DNA of 64,000 nt from Octopus vulgaris (GCA_951406725.2 OX597836.1:11160001-11224000); one strand, 5' to 3'; numbered from the stretch's first letter, positions 13,828 to 27,270 are shown. Made by a program: numbers and translations. Notes: generated by a model not told the origin, from the sequence alone.

Positions 13828-14097
13828 TTCAACAATAAGAGACATTCAACATCTTTATCCGATTCTATGTGGTGACTGAAGGAAGATAATATTAAGTATA
13901 ACATAACTTGGTCCTTAGTAAGGCACGCAAAACCATACAATATCATTTCCAGGAGATGCCGATTCTGTGCCGAGGAATCCATGTCTATTCTGTGGACCAA
14001 TGAACAGATCATTAATAGAATTTCTGAAAGACTCTCAAGATGCCTACACGCATATAAATGTACTTTCGCACAATGCAGTGGGAATGAATTTGGGTAA
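13828..14097 (+). pseudogene. C-terminal GIY-YIG endonuclease region of a Penelope-like retroelement (Naiad-type), one in-frame stop
   Basis: Manual translation: FNNKRHSTSLSDSMW*LKEDNIKYNITWSLVRHAKPYNIISRRCRFCAEESMSILWTNEQIINRISERLSRCLHAYK. This fits the STxLSxxIWxLK...I.W.I...A.PY......CxLCxxE...IL......LNxxSE..SxCxH pattern of this PLE clade. Not in the ORF track because of TGA at 13873. Confidence 0.85.
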
Positions 14098-14366
14098 CTT
14101 AACATAATTTATTTTAAGGTATCGATGCATTATGTTTAGCTTTAACCTCCCCATTCTTATAAACAACAATCAGTTATTTAACTCGCTCTGTGATTGTGAG
14201 TGCACAAAACTATACGTGTGTGTATGCTTACATTTCCCTGGATGCTTGTATTAGGAAGTGTACTCTCGCATAAGATTTTCAGACGAAATATAACCGATCA
14301 CTGGAACCTTGTTTGGTGACCGAGCTAGTGGCAAAAGTGTTCTGTAAGCTTTTGTCATTTAAATCC

Positions 14367-14749
14367 GTGGAGGCGCAATGGCCCAGTGGTTAGGGCAGCG
14401 GACTCGCGGTCGTAGGATCGCGGTTTCGATTCCCAGACCGGGCGTTGTGAGTGTTTATTGAGCGAAAACACCTAAAGCTCCACGAGGCTCCGGCAGGGGA
14501 TGGTGGTGATCCCTGCTGTACTCTTTCACCACAACTTTCTCTCATTCTTACTTCCTGTTTCTGTTGTACCCGTATTTCAAAGGGGTGAGCCTTGTCACTC
14601 TTTGTGTCACGCTGAATATCCCCGAGAACTACGTTAAGGGTACACGTGTCTGTGGAGTGCTCAGCCACTTACACGTTAATTTCACGAGCAGGCTGTTCCG
14701 TTGATCGGATCAACCGGAACCCTCGTCGTCGTAACCGACGGAGTGCTTC
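14367..14749 (+). mobile_element. Family C SINE, tail variant 1, full length with 11-bp TSD
   Basis: tRNA-like A box (tggcccagtgg) and B box (ggtttcgattccc); TSD catttaaatcc at 14356-14366 and 14750-14760. Confidence 0.95.
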
Positions 14750-15635
14750 CATTTAAATCCTATGACGTACTGATGTTTCACTATAATATTGGACGGTTAT
14801 GGTCTGACAAGATAAGTCAGCCATCATTTATGCATGTATCTAATAGCAGAGGTGTCATTTATATTTCTTTCATAGCTTTCCTGTGCATTGCATTGAAAGG
14901 TGTTTTAGAAACATCAGATCGTGGTTTGGAGACAGAACCCTGATAACATGTTTAGGCAAACGTTAATCCTTCACATGATTGACAGTGGTGAGTGAATCTA
15001 GGGAATATAAGGGTTTCGCTACCCTCTTTATTCATTAAATATTTCGTAGCTATTCCCGGCTTTTTTGATTGCTAAAGCGTTGCTTTCGATATGTGACGAG
15101 ATAGAAAGGCCGCGAGTTTTCAAGATTAGGCTACAGTACATTGTAAAGATCTCAATCAGTTTCGTGTTTACACGAAACATATCTATGCTTAACCATTTCT
15201 TTTCGTGTGAGATATGCTAACCCTGCAGTTCTAGAAGAGAGTGTTAGATGAGAAGGTCACTACTAAAACGAAGGACGTTTATAATTTCTTTTTGAAAACT
15301 ACGTACTATTCTCATGCGCACAATCGAGAACTAGCCAGGTTTGCAGTACTTTCGTATCTGTAGAGATAATCGCGAACAAACATTGCTCTCTTGGTACCAT
15401 TGCCAGATGATCATGGGAATACTTCAAGAGCCAATTACGAGTGATATTAGGAGGGGGTCTTACCTACCAATGTATACAGTGACTTTCTTTGCCCTTGGTT
15501 TTGGGAAGACACTCGGCAAGAAATGGATGCAAAATTAAGAAAACATTTTTTAAAAATACTCATAGTAATAATATCAATAATAAAAATTTATAAAGTATGA
15601 CCTAACGTTTCACGAAGGTTATTATTATTTGCTAA

Positions 15636-15641
15636 CATAAC

Positions 15642-15717
<76 letters not shown>

Positions 15718-15782
15718 TCTACAACAATAATAATAGGAACAACAACAATAATAATAATAATAATATTGAAAATAATAATAAC

Positions 15783-15826
<44 letters not shown>

Positions 15827-15905
15827 TAATAATAAGGAGAAGAAGAAAAAGATTAATAATAATAGTGATGATGATGATGATGATGATGACGATGATGATG
15901 ATGAT
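15636..15905. repeat. (AAT)n/(AAC)n/(GAT)n trinucleotide repeats
   Basis: Direct reading. Confidence 0.96.
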
Positions 15906-16317
15906 AGCAGCGGCAAAGTGGCAAATGTCTTCGTCTGCAAACAGAAGCTGAAACATTTCTCAATGTGAAATAAATTATTTTGCCGTGAGGAAGGAGAGTT
16001 TAAAGATTGAATATTTGATAAGATTTCAATAAATAGTTTATCTGTTAAAACCTTTAACACATTGAGGCTGGAGAATCATTTTATTTCGTATTTGGCTTAC
16101 AGCTGTGTGAGAAATGTGTTTAACACAACCACATCGTATCAGAATAGTTTCGCAGACAATGGTGTCCCTCGTTTATTGTTGCTTTAGCTTTCGATGTTGG
16201 ACTGTGCGCACAGATGGCGGAAAGATATTTATAAAGACATAAACAGATATTGTTATAGGAATGAATATGTAGTTAGACGTTCAGATAGATAGATAGATAA
16301 AGGCTTATACAGTTAAT

Positions 16318-16386
<69 letters not shown>

Positions 16387-16469
16387 GGATGGATGGATAG
16401 ACAGGTAGATAGATAGATGGATGGATGGATAGACAGGTAGATAGATAGATGGATGGATGGATAGACAGG

Positions 16470-16525
<56 letters not shown>
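16318..16525. repeat. (GATA)n/(GATG)n tetranucleotide repeat
   Basis: Direct reading. Confidence 0.96.
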
Positions 16526-16561
16526 GGAATAGAGAGACAGACAGCTGGATAGACGCATATT

Positions 16562-17054
16562 TCATCGACTCCGAAAGGATGAAATGTGAAGTCGACCTCA
16601 GCAGAATTTGAACTCAGAACGTAGCAGTAGATGAAATACCCATTTCTTTACTGCCCACCAGGGGCTAAACAAAGAGAGGACAAACAAGGACAGATACACG
16701 ATTAAGTCGATTACATTGACCTTAGTGCGTAACTGGTACTTAATTTATCGACCCCGAAAGGATGAATGGCAAAGTCGACCTCGGCGGAATTTGAACCCAG
16801 AACGTAACGGCAGGCGAAATACCTATTTCTTTATTACCCACAAGGGGCTAAACACAGAGAGGACAAACAAGGACAGATACACGATTAAGTCGATTACATT
16901 GACCCCAGTGCGTAACTGGTACTTAATTTATCGACCCCGAAAGGATGAAAGGCAAAGTCGACCTCGGTGGAATTTGAACCCAGAACGTAACGGCAGGTGA
17001 AATACCGCTAAGCTTTTCGCCCGGCGTGCTAACGTTTCTGCCAGCCCCTCGCCG
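16562..17054 (-). mobile_element. Family B SINE trimer (third unit partial)
   Basis: Three head-to-tail units of about 182 bp. Confidence 0.9.
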
Positions 17055-17107
17055 CATTCATGCAACAAGAAATATTGTACCGTGATATCGTCTACACCAA
17101 ACGCATA

Positions 17108-17435
<328 letters not shown>

Positions 17436-18013
17436 GTTTAGAAAGTATTCGTTATTTTCTGTGTTTTAATTTCACATCTGATTCTGACTTGTTAAATTCT
17501 GAAACCTTCATGCCTTATCGCTAAATCACAGAAGTTTCTCATGCCTTCATGATGCAATTCATCATAATTTCCTTATCTATGTTTTCCTGTTGTAATTGGT
17601 AATTGAGCGTTGAAGAGGCCGCGAAATTAACCCTTTCCTCGTCTGATAGTCTTTGACAGCGCAGCATCAGTGGAATCTGCTGAATGACTAAATAAGCGAA
17701 TTTATTTATTCATTTATTTATCATATTTTGCTTCTTGCAGTCATTGGACTGCGGCCATGCTGAGGCACTGCCTTCAAGGAGTTAGTCAAATCGACTACAG
17801 TCATGGTTTTTTTTTCACTCTGGTTCTTATTCTATTAGTTTCTTTTGTCGAACCACTATGTTACAGGGACGTAAACAAAACAACTATATGTAAATATATA
17901 GTTCAGATTTATAAAAAAAAAACAAATGACGAAAACAGGTGTATGACCAACAAGCAAGTGTATTAGTTTGGCGCTCGGGAAAGGAAAAATGTCTTTTACA
18001 ATCATATATATAT

Positions 18014-18395
18014 CTAGCCGTATCGCCCGGCGTTGCTCGGGTTTGTAAGGGAAATAACTATAAAGCATTTTTAGAGAGTTATAGCAAAAAAATAGCATAA
18101 ATGCATTAAAAATGGAAAAAAAATGATGGTAATTTTTTTTAAATCGTTGACTCATCGTAGACATTTTTAGAGAGTTACTTCCCTTATATAATAGCGAAAA
18201 AATGCATTAAAATGGAAAAAAATGATGGTAAATCGTAGACTCATCGTAGACGCGCGCTAATACCCAGAAGGGCTCGATATGAATCACGACTATAAGATAC
18301 CCGGTTTTGGTTAAACTGCACCGCAAAATGTGGGAGTAGTTAGGAATCTAAATCGTAGGAGACAGACAGCACACAATCTCTTTTATATATAAAGA
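18014..18395 (-). mobile_element. Non-autonomous Helitron, about 380 bp
   Basis: Minus strand begins A|TCtttatatataaaag and ends with hairpin cccgagcaacgccggg followed by cgatacggCTAG; has an internal direct duplication (aaatgcattaaaa..ggaaaaaaatgatggtaa). Confidence 0.8.
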
Positions 18396-18481
18396 TATTC
18401 TCTCTCTGTCTATTTTCTCTTATCCCTTTATTGTTTAGGCTCGAATTGTAAAAGACTTGTAAAAGTGCATGTTTTGATGGT

Positions 18482-18546
18482 CCGATAACTGAAGAGATGC
18501 CGATGCGGCTTTCCGCCTCGACATCCGAAACTCGGAGTATCATGGC
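18482..18546 (+). ncRNA. Hammerhead-ribozyme-like motif with long GC-rich stem II (partly decayed)
   Basis: CUGAAGA (18489) - GAUGcCGAuGCGG cuuu CCGCcUCGaCAUC - c - GAAA - CUCGGAGUA. Stem III is near-palindromic (ACUC-G-GAGU); stem I is weak. Confidence 0.6.
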
Positions 18547-18614
18547 TACCGAATAATTGTCACATATTACATTTACAGATATATATATATGTATACATAC
18601 ATACATACATACAT

Positions 18615-18693
<79 letters not shown>

Positions 18694-18712
18694 TACATAC
18701 ACACAAACATAT

Positions 18713-19089
18713 CTCTTTTACTCTTTTACTTGTTTCAGTCATTTGACTGCGGCCATACTGGAGCACCGCCTTTAATCGAGCAACTCGACCCCGGGACTTA
18801 TTCTTTTGTAAGCCTAGTACTTATTCTATCGGTGTCTTTTGCCGAACCGCTAAGTTACGGGGGACATAAACACACCACACTAGGGGGACAAACACAGACA
18901 CACAAACGCACACACGCATATATATACGACGGGCTTCTTTTCATTTCCGTCTACCAAATCCACTCACAAGGCTTTGGTCGGCCCGAGGCTATAATAGAAG
19001 ACACTTGCCCAAGGTGCCACGCAGTGGGACTGAACCTGGAACCTTGTGGTTGGTAAACAAGCTACTTACCACACATCCACTCCTGCGCC
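18713..19089 (-). mobile_element. Family A SINE, nearly full length
   Basis: Matches the consensus, with a small internal deletion. Confidence 0.92.
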
Positions 19090-20219
19090 TGCATATATAT
19101 ATAATAAGTATATATCATATATCTATATATCATATTTATATTTATATGTATTATATATCAGTTGAATAAAATGAAAACAGACGATAGTAGTCCTTTATCG
19201 TGTGTTTAAAAATCGTAAAAGATTTTGATGAAGAACAGAGCTACGGAAAATAGAAATAAAATGTTTAAAACTCCATAAAAATATTTCTCGTGTTAATTGG
19301 AATAACGTTGGAAAGGGTTAATTTCAATGTGAAAGAAACGAACAGATTCATCTGACACCCGAATATGTCGCGTGGCAGGAATCCTTTCATCCTGAAAAAC
19401 ACAACTCCATTATAAATATCCCATTAGTGACCCCCTCTCCACTACCTTAACGCAAGCCAGTCAACCAACCAGCTAGCCAGATTGCCACCCATCCACCGAC
19501 CCATCCATCCATCCATCCATTGATCCCAACAGCCAGCGAACCAGCTCGTCAACGAGAGACCTTTATGGCTTTGCCAATACAATAATGCGATAAGGACAAT
19601 ATGGACAAGTACATTGCGTGGACAATCTCCGTTAATCGAAGATGTTTTCAGTTCGTTATATCATACATGTGAGGCCTTAACAGGAAATGAGATGGTACTG
19701 ATAAGCTTGTTTCTCTATATGAAACTATACCGCGTGAGCAGCGACGTCAACCGGAAGGACGGAGAAATATATGACGTATTTCTTATCTGTTTTTGCAAAT
19801 ATATTGGGTCTTGTTATGTGTCATACAAACGAGATTTATATGTCGAGGTAACCTGAGGATCCTCCACACGCTGTCGCACACAAAAGCAGAAAATAGCAGC
19901 CAGAATTTCCTCAAATCCCGCCCGATCATTTCGACAAAGCACCGTGTGTGTGTATGTGTTTGTGCGTTTGTTTGTATATATATATGTGTGTGTGTGTGTT
20001 TGTGCGTTTGTTTGTATATATATATGTGTGTGTGCGTGTGTGTGTGTTTGTGTGTGTATGCATTTTTTACTCGAAGGGTTTTAGTCAAAGAAATGCTTAT
20101 TGTGTTGCAAAGCCTGGTACTTATTAAGTCGCTCGCGTTTTGCCGAACTGCTAGAGCATAGAAACGAAAACGAACGAGTAAAGGTTAGAGTGCCTGAAAC
20201 ACACAAAGATAGACACGCA

Positions 20220-20367
20220 TATAAATATGTACAAAGTCACACACATGCACGCGCACTAGGGTATGTACATACATATATAAATATATGCATACAATACGTA
20301 TATATATATTTATATACATATATATATACATACATATATACATATACGTATATATTTAAACATGACA

Positions 20368-20436
<69 letters not shown>

Positions 20437-20468
20437 TATATATAAGCATGACATACATACATACATAT

Positions 20469-20543
<75 letters not shown>

Positions 20544-20698
20544 GATTAGAGATAAAACCCCTATTAGGCAAATCAAACAGTGAAAAACATAAACCAAAAC
20601 ATAGAAATAAAAATAATTAATATAATATACAAAATATATAAAATGCAAAATTCAAAATTATATATATATATGACGCACATACTTACATACATATATAT

Positions 20699-20765
<67 letters not shown>

Positions 20766-20780
20766 TAACACATATATACA
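20220..20780. repeat. Compound TA/CA/TACA microsatellite region between decayed family A halves
   Basis: Direct reading; decayed family A segments lie at about 20060-20190 and 20780-20945. Confidence 0.8.
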
Positions 20781-21307
20781 CGACAGGCTCCTTCCAGTTT
20801 TCGTATGCCAGATCCTCTCAGAACGCTTTGGTCGACCGGGACTATAGTAGAGGGCACTTACTAAAGGCATTACAAAATGGGATTGAAACCAGAACCCCGT
20901 GGTTGGGAAGCAAACCTCTTACCACGTAGCCACGCATGCACCTACGTATGCGATTGTACTTAGGCAACGTTTTACGTTTACTCGTGACTGGAGTGATACA
21001 TCGCAGAGAGAGTGAGAGAGAGAGAACTCAGTAACTCGCGGTTACGAAACGGATTTCTGAACTGGAGGCGCATCCCTCATCCATCTGGAAGTAATTATTC
21101 TGAAGTTAAACTTAAGATGTTCTGACATCTTAAATTAAGTGTATAATCTTGTAAGATCTTGTAAGCTGTGAAAGAAGATAGGATGACAGCAACTTAGTTA
21201 TGAAACTATAGTTAATGATATTACCTGAACCTATAATGTATTTAGTTAATTTGTTAATGTCATAAGCGCAGATTCTTTTGTCTTGCATTGTAACTTCGCT
21301 CGAATGA

Positions 21308-21830
21308 GGCGGCGTGCTGGCACAATCGTTAACGCACTGGACGAAATGCTTAGAGGTATTTCATTTGCGGTTACGCTCCGAGTTCAAATTCCGCCGAGGT
21401 CGACTTTGATTTTCATCCTTTCGGGATCGATAAATTAAGTACTAGTTAAGCACTGCGGTCGATATAATCGACTTAATCCGTTTGTCTGTCCTTGTTTGTC
21501 CTCTCTGTGTTTAGCCCCTTGTGGGTAGTAAAGAAATTAGGTATTTCTTCTGCCGTTACGTTCCGAGTTCAAATTCCGCCGAGGTCAACTTTGCCTTTCA
21601 TCCTTTCAGGGTCGATTAAATAAGTACCAGTTACGCACTGGGGTCGATATAATCGACTTAATCCGTTTGCCTGTCCTTGTTTGTCCCCTCTATGTTTATC
21701 CCCTTGTGGGTAGTAAAGAAATAGTTATTTCGTCTGCCGTTACGTTCTGAGTTCAAATTCCGCCGAGGTCGACTTTGCCTTTCATCCTTTCGGGGTCGAT
21801 TAAATAAGTTCCAGTTACGCACGGGGGTCG
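21308..21830 (+). mobile_element. Family B SINE trimer (third unit fused to a family A body)
   Basis: Head ggcggc..gctggca, B box gagttcaaattcc in each unit; switches to family A sequence at ggggtcgac|caaa. Confidence 0.9.
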
Positions 21831-22150
21831 ACCAAATTCTTGTGAGTGAATTTGGTGGACGGAAACTGCATAAAGCCCGTTCTATATATATGTTTGTGTG
21901 TGTGTGTGTGTGTGTGTTTGTGTGTTTGTGTGTGTGTATTTTTGTGTCTGTTCTTGTCCTTTCCACCATCGCTTGACGACTGACGCCTGTGTGCTTACAC
22001 CCCCGTATCTTAGCAGTTCGGCAAAAGAGACCGATTGGAAAAAGTACTAGGCTTACACAGAATAAGTCCTAGGGTCGATTTGTTCGACAAAACGCGGTGC
22101 TCCAGCGTGACCGCAATCAAATATTTGAAAGAAATTAAAAGAATAAAAGA
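21831..22150 (+). mobile_element. Family A SINE lacking its head (diverged)
   Basis: ttgtgagtg.atttggt.gacggaaactg, then microsatellite and tail. Confidence 0.82.
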
Positions 22151-22161
22151 ATGTATATATA

Positions 22162-22330
22162 GGCGTAGGAGTGGCTGCGTGGTAAGTATCTTGCTTACGA
22201 ACGACATGGTTCTGGGTTCAGTCCCACTGCGTAGCACCTTGGGCAAGTGTCTTCTACTATAGCTTCGGGCGAACCAAAGCCTTGTGAGTGGATATGGTAC
22301 ACGGAAACTGAAAGAAGCATGTCGTGTATA

Positions 22331-22417
<87 letters not shown>

Positions 22418-22637
22418 TTGGTTGTCTGTGTTTGTCTCCCCAACATCGCTTGACAACCGATGCTGGTGTGTTTACGTTCCCGTAACGTAGCGGTTAGGCA
22501 AAAAGTCGCCGATAGAATAAGTACTTGGCTTACAAAGGAATAAGTCCTGAGGTCGATAAGCTCGTCTAAAGGCGGTGCTCCAGCATGGCCGCAGTCAAAT
22601 TCACTGAAACAAGTACAAGAGTAAAAGAGTAAAAGAG
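22162..22637 (+). mobile_element. Family A SINE, full length
   Basis: Matches the consensus end to end. Confidence 0.93.
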
Positions 22638-22680
22638 ATATACATATATATATAAGTATATGTACAGACACACAGACACA

Positions 22681-22889
22681 CTCTTTTACTCTTTTACTTA
22701 TTTCAGTCATTTGACTGAGGTCATGATGGAGCACCGCCTTTAGTCGCGCAAATCAAACCCAGGACTTATTCTTTGTAAGCCTAGTACATATTCCATCAGT
22801 CTCTTTTTGCCGAACCGCTAAGTTACGGGGACGTAAACACACCAGCATCAGCTGTCAAGTGATGTTGGGGGGGGGGGACAAACAAACAA

Positions 22890-22955
<66 letters not shown>

Positions 22956-23110
22956 ACAACGGGCTTCTTTCAGTTTCCGTCTACCAAATCCACTCACAAG
23001 TTTTTGGTTGGCCCGAGGCTATAGTAGAAGACACAAGTTTTTGGTTGGCCTGAGGTTATAGTAGGTGCCACGCAGTGGGACTCAACCCGGAATCATGTGG
23101 TTGGTAAGTA
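22681..23110 (-). mobile_element. Family A SINE, inverted relative to 22162-22637
   Basis: Matches the consensus; short internal duplication near 22995-23063. Confidence 0.92.
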
Positions 23111-23540
23111 TATATATAAGTTTATGTACACACACACACACACATACATATATGTAAACATCTATTCTTGTTTTGTTATCTTCAACGTCTCTCTCCTCAC
23201 ACGATTTTTAGTTTTATTCTCTTTTATTTTATGTATTCAATTAAAAAAGCCACTGCTATTATTATCTCGATAACTTCAAGCGAATCGATTTAAACAACTC
23301 GACACACATGGTTTGATCTCTTGTTATTTTTACTGAACTTCTCTTTCAAAACTATTTTAAACAGCTTATTTAATTCACTTCTCTGATCGCTATGATCACA
23401 CAAATACACTTATTATCTTGTACGCATGCGCATATATAGCGCATTATAATCACACGCGCATACTTAGTAAATGTGTGAGTATGTAGTTATGATACACATA
23501 CACAAACACACACACATACATACAATATTTACTTATACAT

Positions 23541-23891
23541 TTATTTGTTTCAGTAATTTGACTGTGGCCATGCTGGAACACCGCTTTTAGTCGAATCAAA
23601 TCGAACACAGGATTTATTCTTTGTAAGCCTACTACTTATTCTATTGGTCTCTTTTGCCGAACCGCTAAGATACGGGTGACGTAGACACACCATCATAGTT
23701 TGTCGAGCCAAGGTGGGAGGAGAAACACAAATACAGAAATACACACGCACACACACAACCATACACACTCACATACATATATGTATATAAATATACGACG
23801 GGCTTCTTTCAGTTTCCGTTGACGTAATCCACTCACAAGTCTTTGGTCAGCCCGAGGCTATAGCAGAAGATACTTGCCCAAGGTGTCACAC
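23541..23891 (-). mobile_element. Family A SINE (diverged, head truncated)
   Basis: Matches consensus body and tail. Confidence 0.85.
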
Positions 23892-24242
23892 GTTTTGAAG
23901 TGTTTTGCTGAAGAATACCACGCATTCTAGGGTCCAGGAATCGAAATCAGACTCTTACGATCACGAATCGAACACCCTAACCACTAAGCCATGCGTCTCC
24001 ACTTGTTGGTCCATTGCACACTGGATAAATCGAGGGTGTTCAAAAAGTCTCTTCGCAGTGAATGTTTTTCATCCCAACTCTCAAGAGTCAGACTCCCCAA
24101 GATATATTTCGAAACATGTGTGGAAGAGTCAACTTGTATATCGAAAATGAAGGACGATACTTTCAACTCCTCTTATAAAGTTTTTTAAAGTCTTGTAAAG
24201 TCTAATATATTCTTTTGTAGTCTTATACCTTTTTTGTATATA

Positions 24243-24808
24243 TTGGGTTGTCCGGAAAGTTCGCGCCGATTTTTAAAGGAAAGAAAAAAGCTCAAAAATA
24301 AATGCCATTACATTTTTAATCAACCAAATCTGAACCATTTTGTTGCACAATGCGTCTCCACCTTTCCTTTAACTTGAAAATACCCTCTACCCAGAATTGA
24401 GATGGTTCTATGTCAAAGAATTCATCAAGGTGTCTTTTTACGTCATCCAAGGAATTGAAATTTTTACCATTCTGACTATTCTGCACAGATCTGAATAAGT
24501 GGAAATCCGAAGGAGCAATATCTGGTGAATATGGAAGGTGGGGTAACACATCCCACCCGAGCTGCAGCAATTTTTGTCTGGTTCCCAAAGCATCAAGTGC
24601 CGAAATTAAACTTTTTTATCTTCCATTTAAAAGGTTTACAGAATTAACACAGGTTATAGGAACATAAACCTTCTTCCACGAAAAGATAGCTTAAACTGTG
24701 CTCTAAATGGAAGTGTAGTCAAATCCTATTTTATGGACTCAACCATGTTCTAAAATAAGTCGAAATGTAAGCTACTATAAATCGGCACAAACTTTCCGGA
24801 CAACCCAA
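24243..24808 (-). mobile_element. Second copy of the internally deleted mariner, 566 bp
   Basis: Same TIRs (one substitution in each), TA flanks, same deletion junction; ORF remnant GWDVLPHLPYSPDIAPSDFHLFRS. Confidence 0.96.
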
Positions 24809-25831
24809 TATTTTGCAATAAGATTCTGCGGAGAGACATTTTAGACAACTTGTATAACTTCCCTGTTTCAAGTCTTCAAACGTTTATAGAATTCAAAATC
24901 ACGTTACACACGTTCTACAATAGCAAAATGAAGATTTTAAATAAAATAAATGATTTCCGAGCAATCTAAGGACTGTTTAGATCGGTAAACATTCCACTAC
25001 TTCGTCTGTTTCTCAAAAACTAGAACGATCGATTCAAATACTGCGCAATTAAATTATTTTTCAGTATATATATATATGTCTGGATACGAATCGATATGAC
25101 ATGTAAATGAAGTACCGGATAATTGTATCTATTGGGAAACTCGATAGTAGGCTTTTTGAAAATTTATCGTAATATTTTTCCCTTGTCATCAATCAAACGT
25201 TTATATTGTTCTGGTATAAAACATTTTCGGCAATTTTATAACCAGATCTGGCAAGCAAAACAGAAACTTTTCTGAGGAAACTAGTTAGTGTTAACACCGG
25301 CAAACATTCCAGTCAATCATCCGATCTTTTGTTTTAAATTAGAAGGCTTCGTTAATGTTCGTAACTAGATTATTTTTTTATGACATTGTGGTGTCAAGAT
25401 CCTAGATACCTAAGAAAATGACATGAAAATGAAGTACTGGATAATCGGAGCTACTGGAAAAAACGGTAGCGCGTTAATAAACCTTCATTATAACATTTTT
25501 GCTCGGAGTCTAAGATTTATACAAAACAAAGTTCTGGTAAGAAATATTTTCTGCATTTCAAGATCAAAACTATCAGTAAGGAGAACAGGAGGTTTCGATG
25601 AAACTATTCGCTAATATCAGCAAACACTCCACTAAATGAAATGGCTTTCAAATTTAGAAACGTTCCTTCAAATGATACGCAGTTAGGTTATTTTTCAGTA
25701 CATATGTCGAATCTTACAAGAGGAGGCTGGCTATCAAAGCAAATGACACGCAAATGAATTAACAGATTATCAGCTCTATTGGATAACGGGTTAATAATCG
25801 TTAATAGAAATCAGAGTTCTGGTTTGAAATT

Positions 25832-26210
25832 TCTCTCTATATAAAGCTGAAGTTGTCTGTGTACGGCAGGTTTGGTAGCCTTCAACTAACACTATCTCCT
25901 CCGAGACCCTGTGGCGCAAGTTAACCAAAATTGAGAGTATGATAGAAGAAGGCTTGCTCTTCCTTCCGTAGAAGAGAAAATTCAAATCAGACCATGTTAA
26001 CACCAAAAATTATTTACATCAAAAAGGTGCTTTTTTCTATGAAAATCACTATTTTTAACGATTTTTGACTGCTGTGTCGCTATAATTTCAACCAGAAAAA
26101 TGTTCACTTAAAGATAATAACAAGCTACATAATGCAAAAGTTTTGCTTTTCAAAAATTCAAATTCTAAAGGGCCGAAACAAACCCGAGCAACGCCGGGCG
26201 ATACTGCTAG
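25832..26210 (+). mobile_element. Non-autonomous Helitron, about 380 bp
   Basis: 5' TCtctctatataaag; 3' hairpin cccgagcaacgccggg followed by cgatactgCTAG|T. The 3' terminus is nearly identical to that of 18014-18395. Confidence 0.82.
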
Positions 26211-26819
26211 TCTTACCTAACATTACAAGACCGATATTCACTGACAAACCAACAGACATTCTGAGTAAACTAGTAACCGACCATACTAGGAAATATTGTA
26301 CAATTTGGTCTTTTTTTCCAAACTTAGATATCTTGGTTCAAGTAGGCAATCAGTTTATTTTTCAGTACATATTATGTTGTAATATACAAAAAGCGCTTGG
26401 ATACCGAACGAAACGAACCGTCAACTAACAAAAGAGATGCAATCTAATGCACCTGCATTAACGTCCAACAATGAAGTTAAGGTGACCCCAATTAACCTTT
26501 TGTTTTTTGGTTTCTTTTCACCAATTATGGGGGAATGAATTCATTGAATTCTTTGAACGGTTTGTTTGCCTTTGAAAATAATCCTCAAAGTTGATCTTTG
26601 AAGTTTTCTGAGAGAAATGGTACTGACGTATCGTTAGAAGACCGTTTCATGTTATAGATAGAATGCGTCTACACACACACACACACACACGCACGCGCGG
26701 GCGCGCAGACTCCAACCAAGTCACACAGATACATGAATGCATATATGTGTGTATATTTATGCGTGTGTGTGTACATATTCATACATTTATATATAGAATC
26801 ACAGACATTTGTATACAAA

Positions 26820-27270
<451 letters not shown>

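Noticed and set aside
13873-13875. In-frame TGA in the Naiad-type PLE read as selenocysteine
   Set aside because: It is not at a conserved Cys position (W-x-LK); CGA>TGA decay is the simpler explanation.
14367-14445. Functional tRNA-Arg gene (also 4116 and 53982)
   Set aside because: A/B boxes run into a SINE body with a TSD; acceptor and anticodon stems do not pair properly.
21028-21060. GUAAC/GUUAC stem followed by GAAAC
   Set aside because: The upstream core box is absent.
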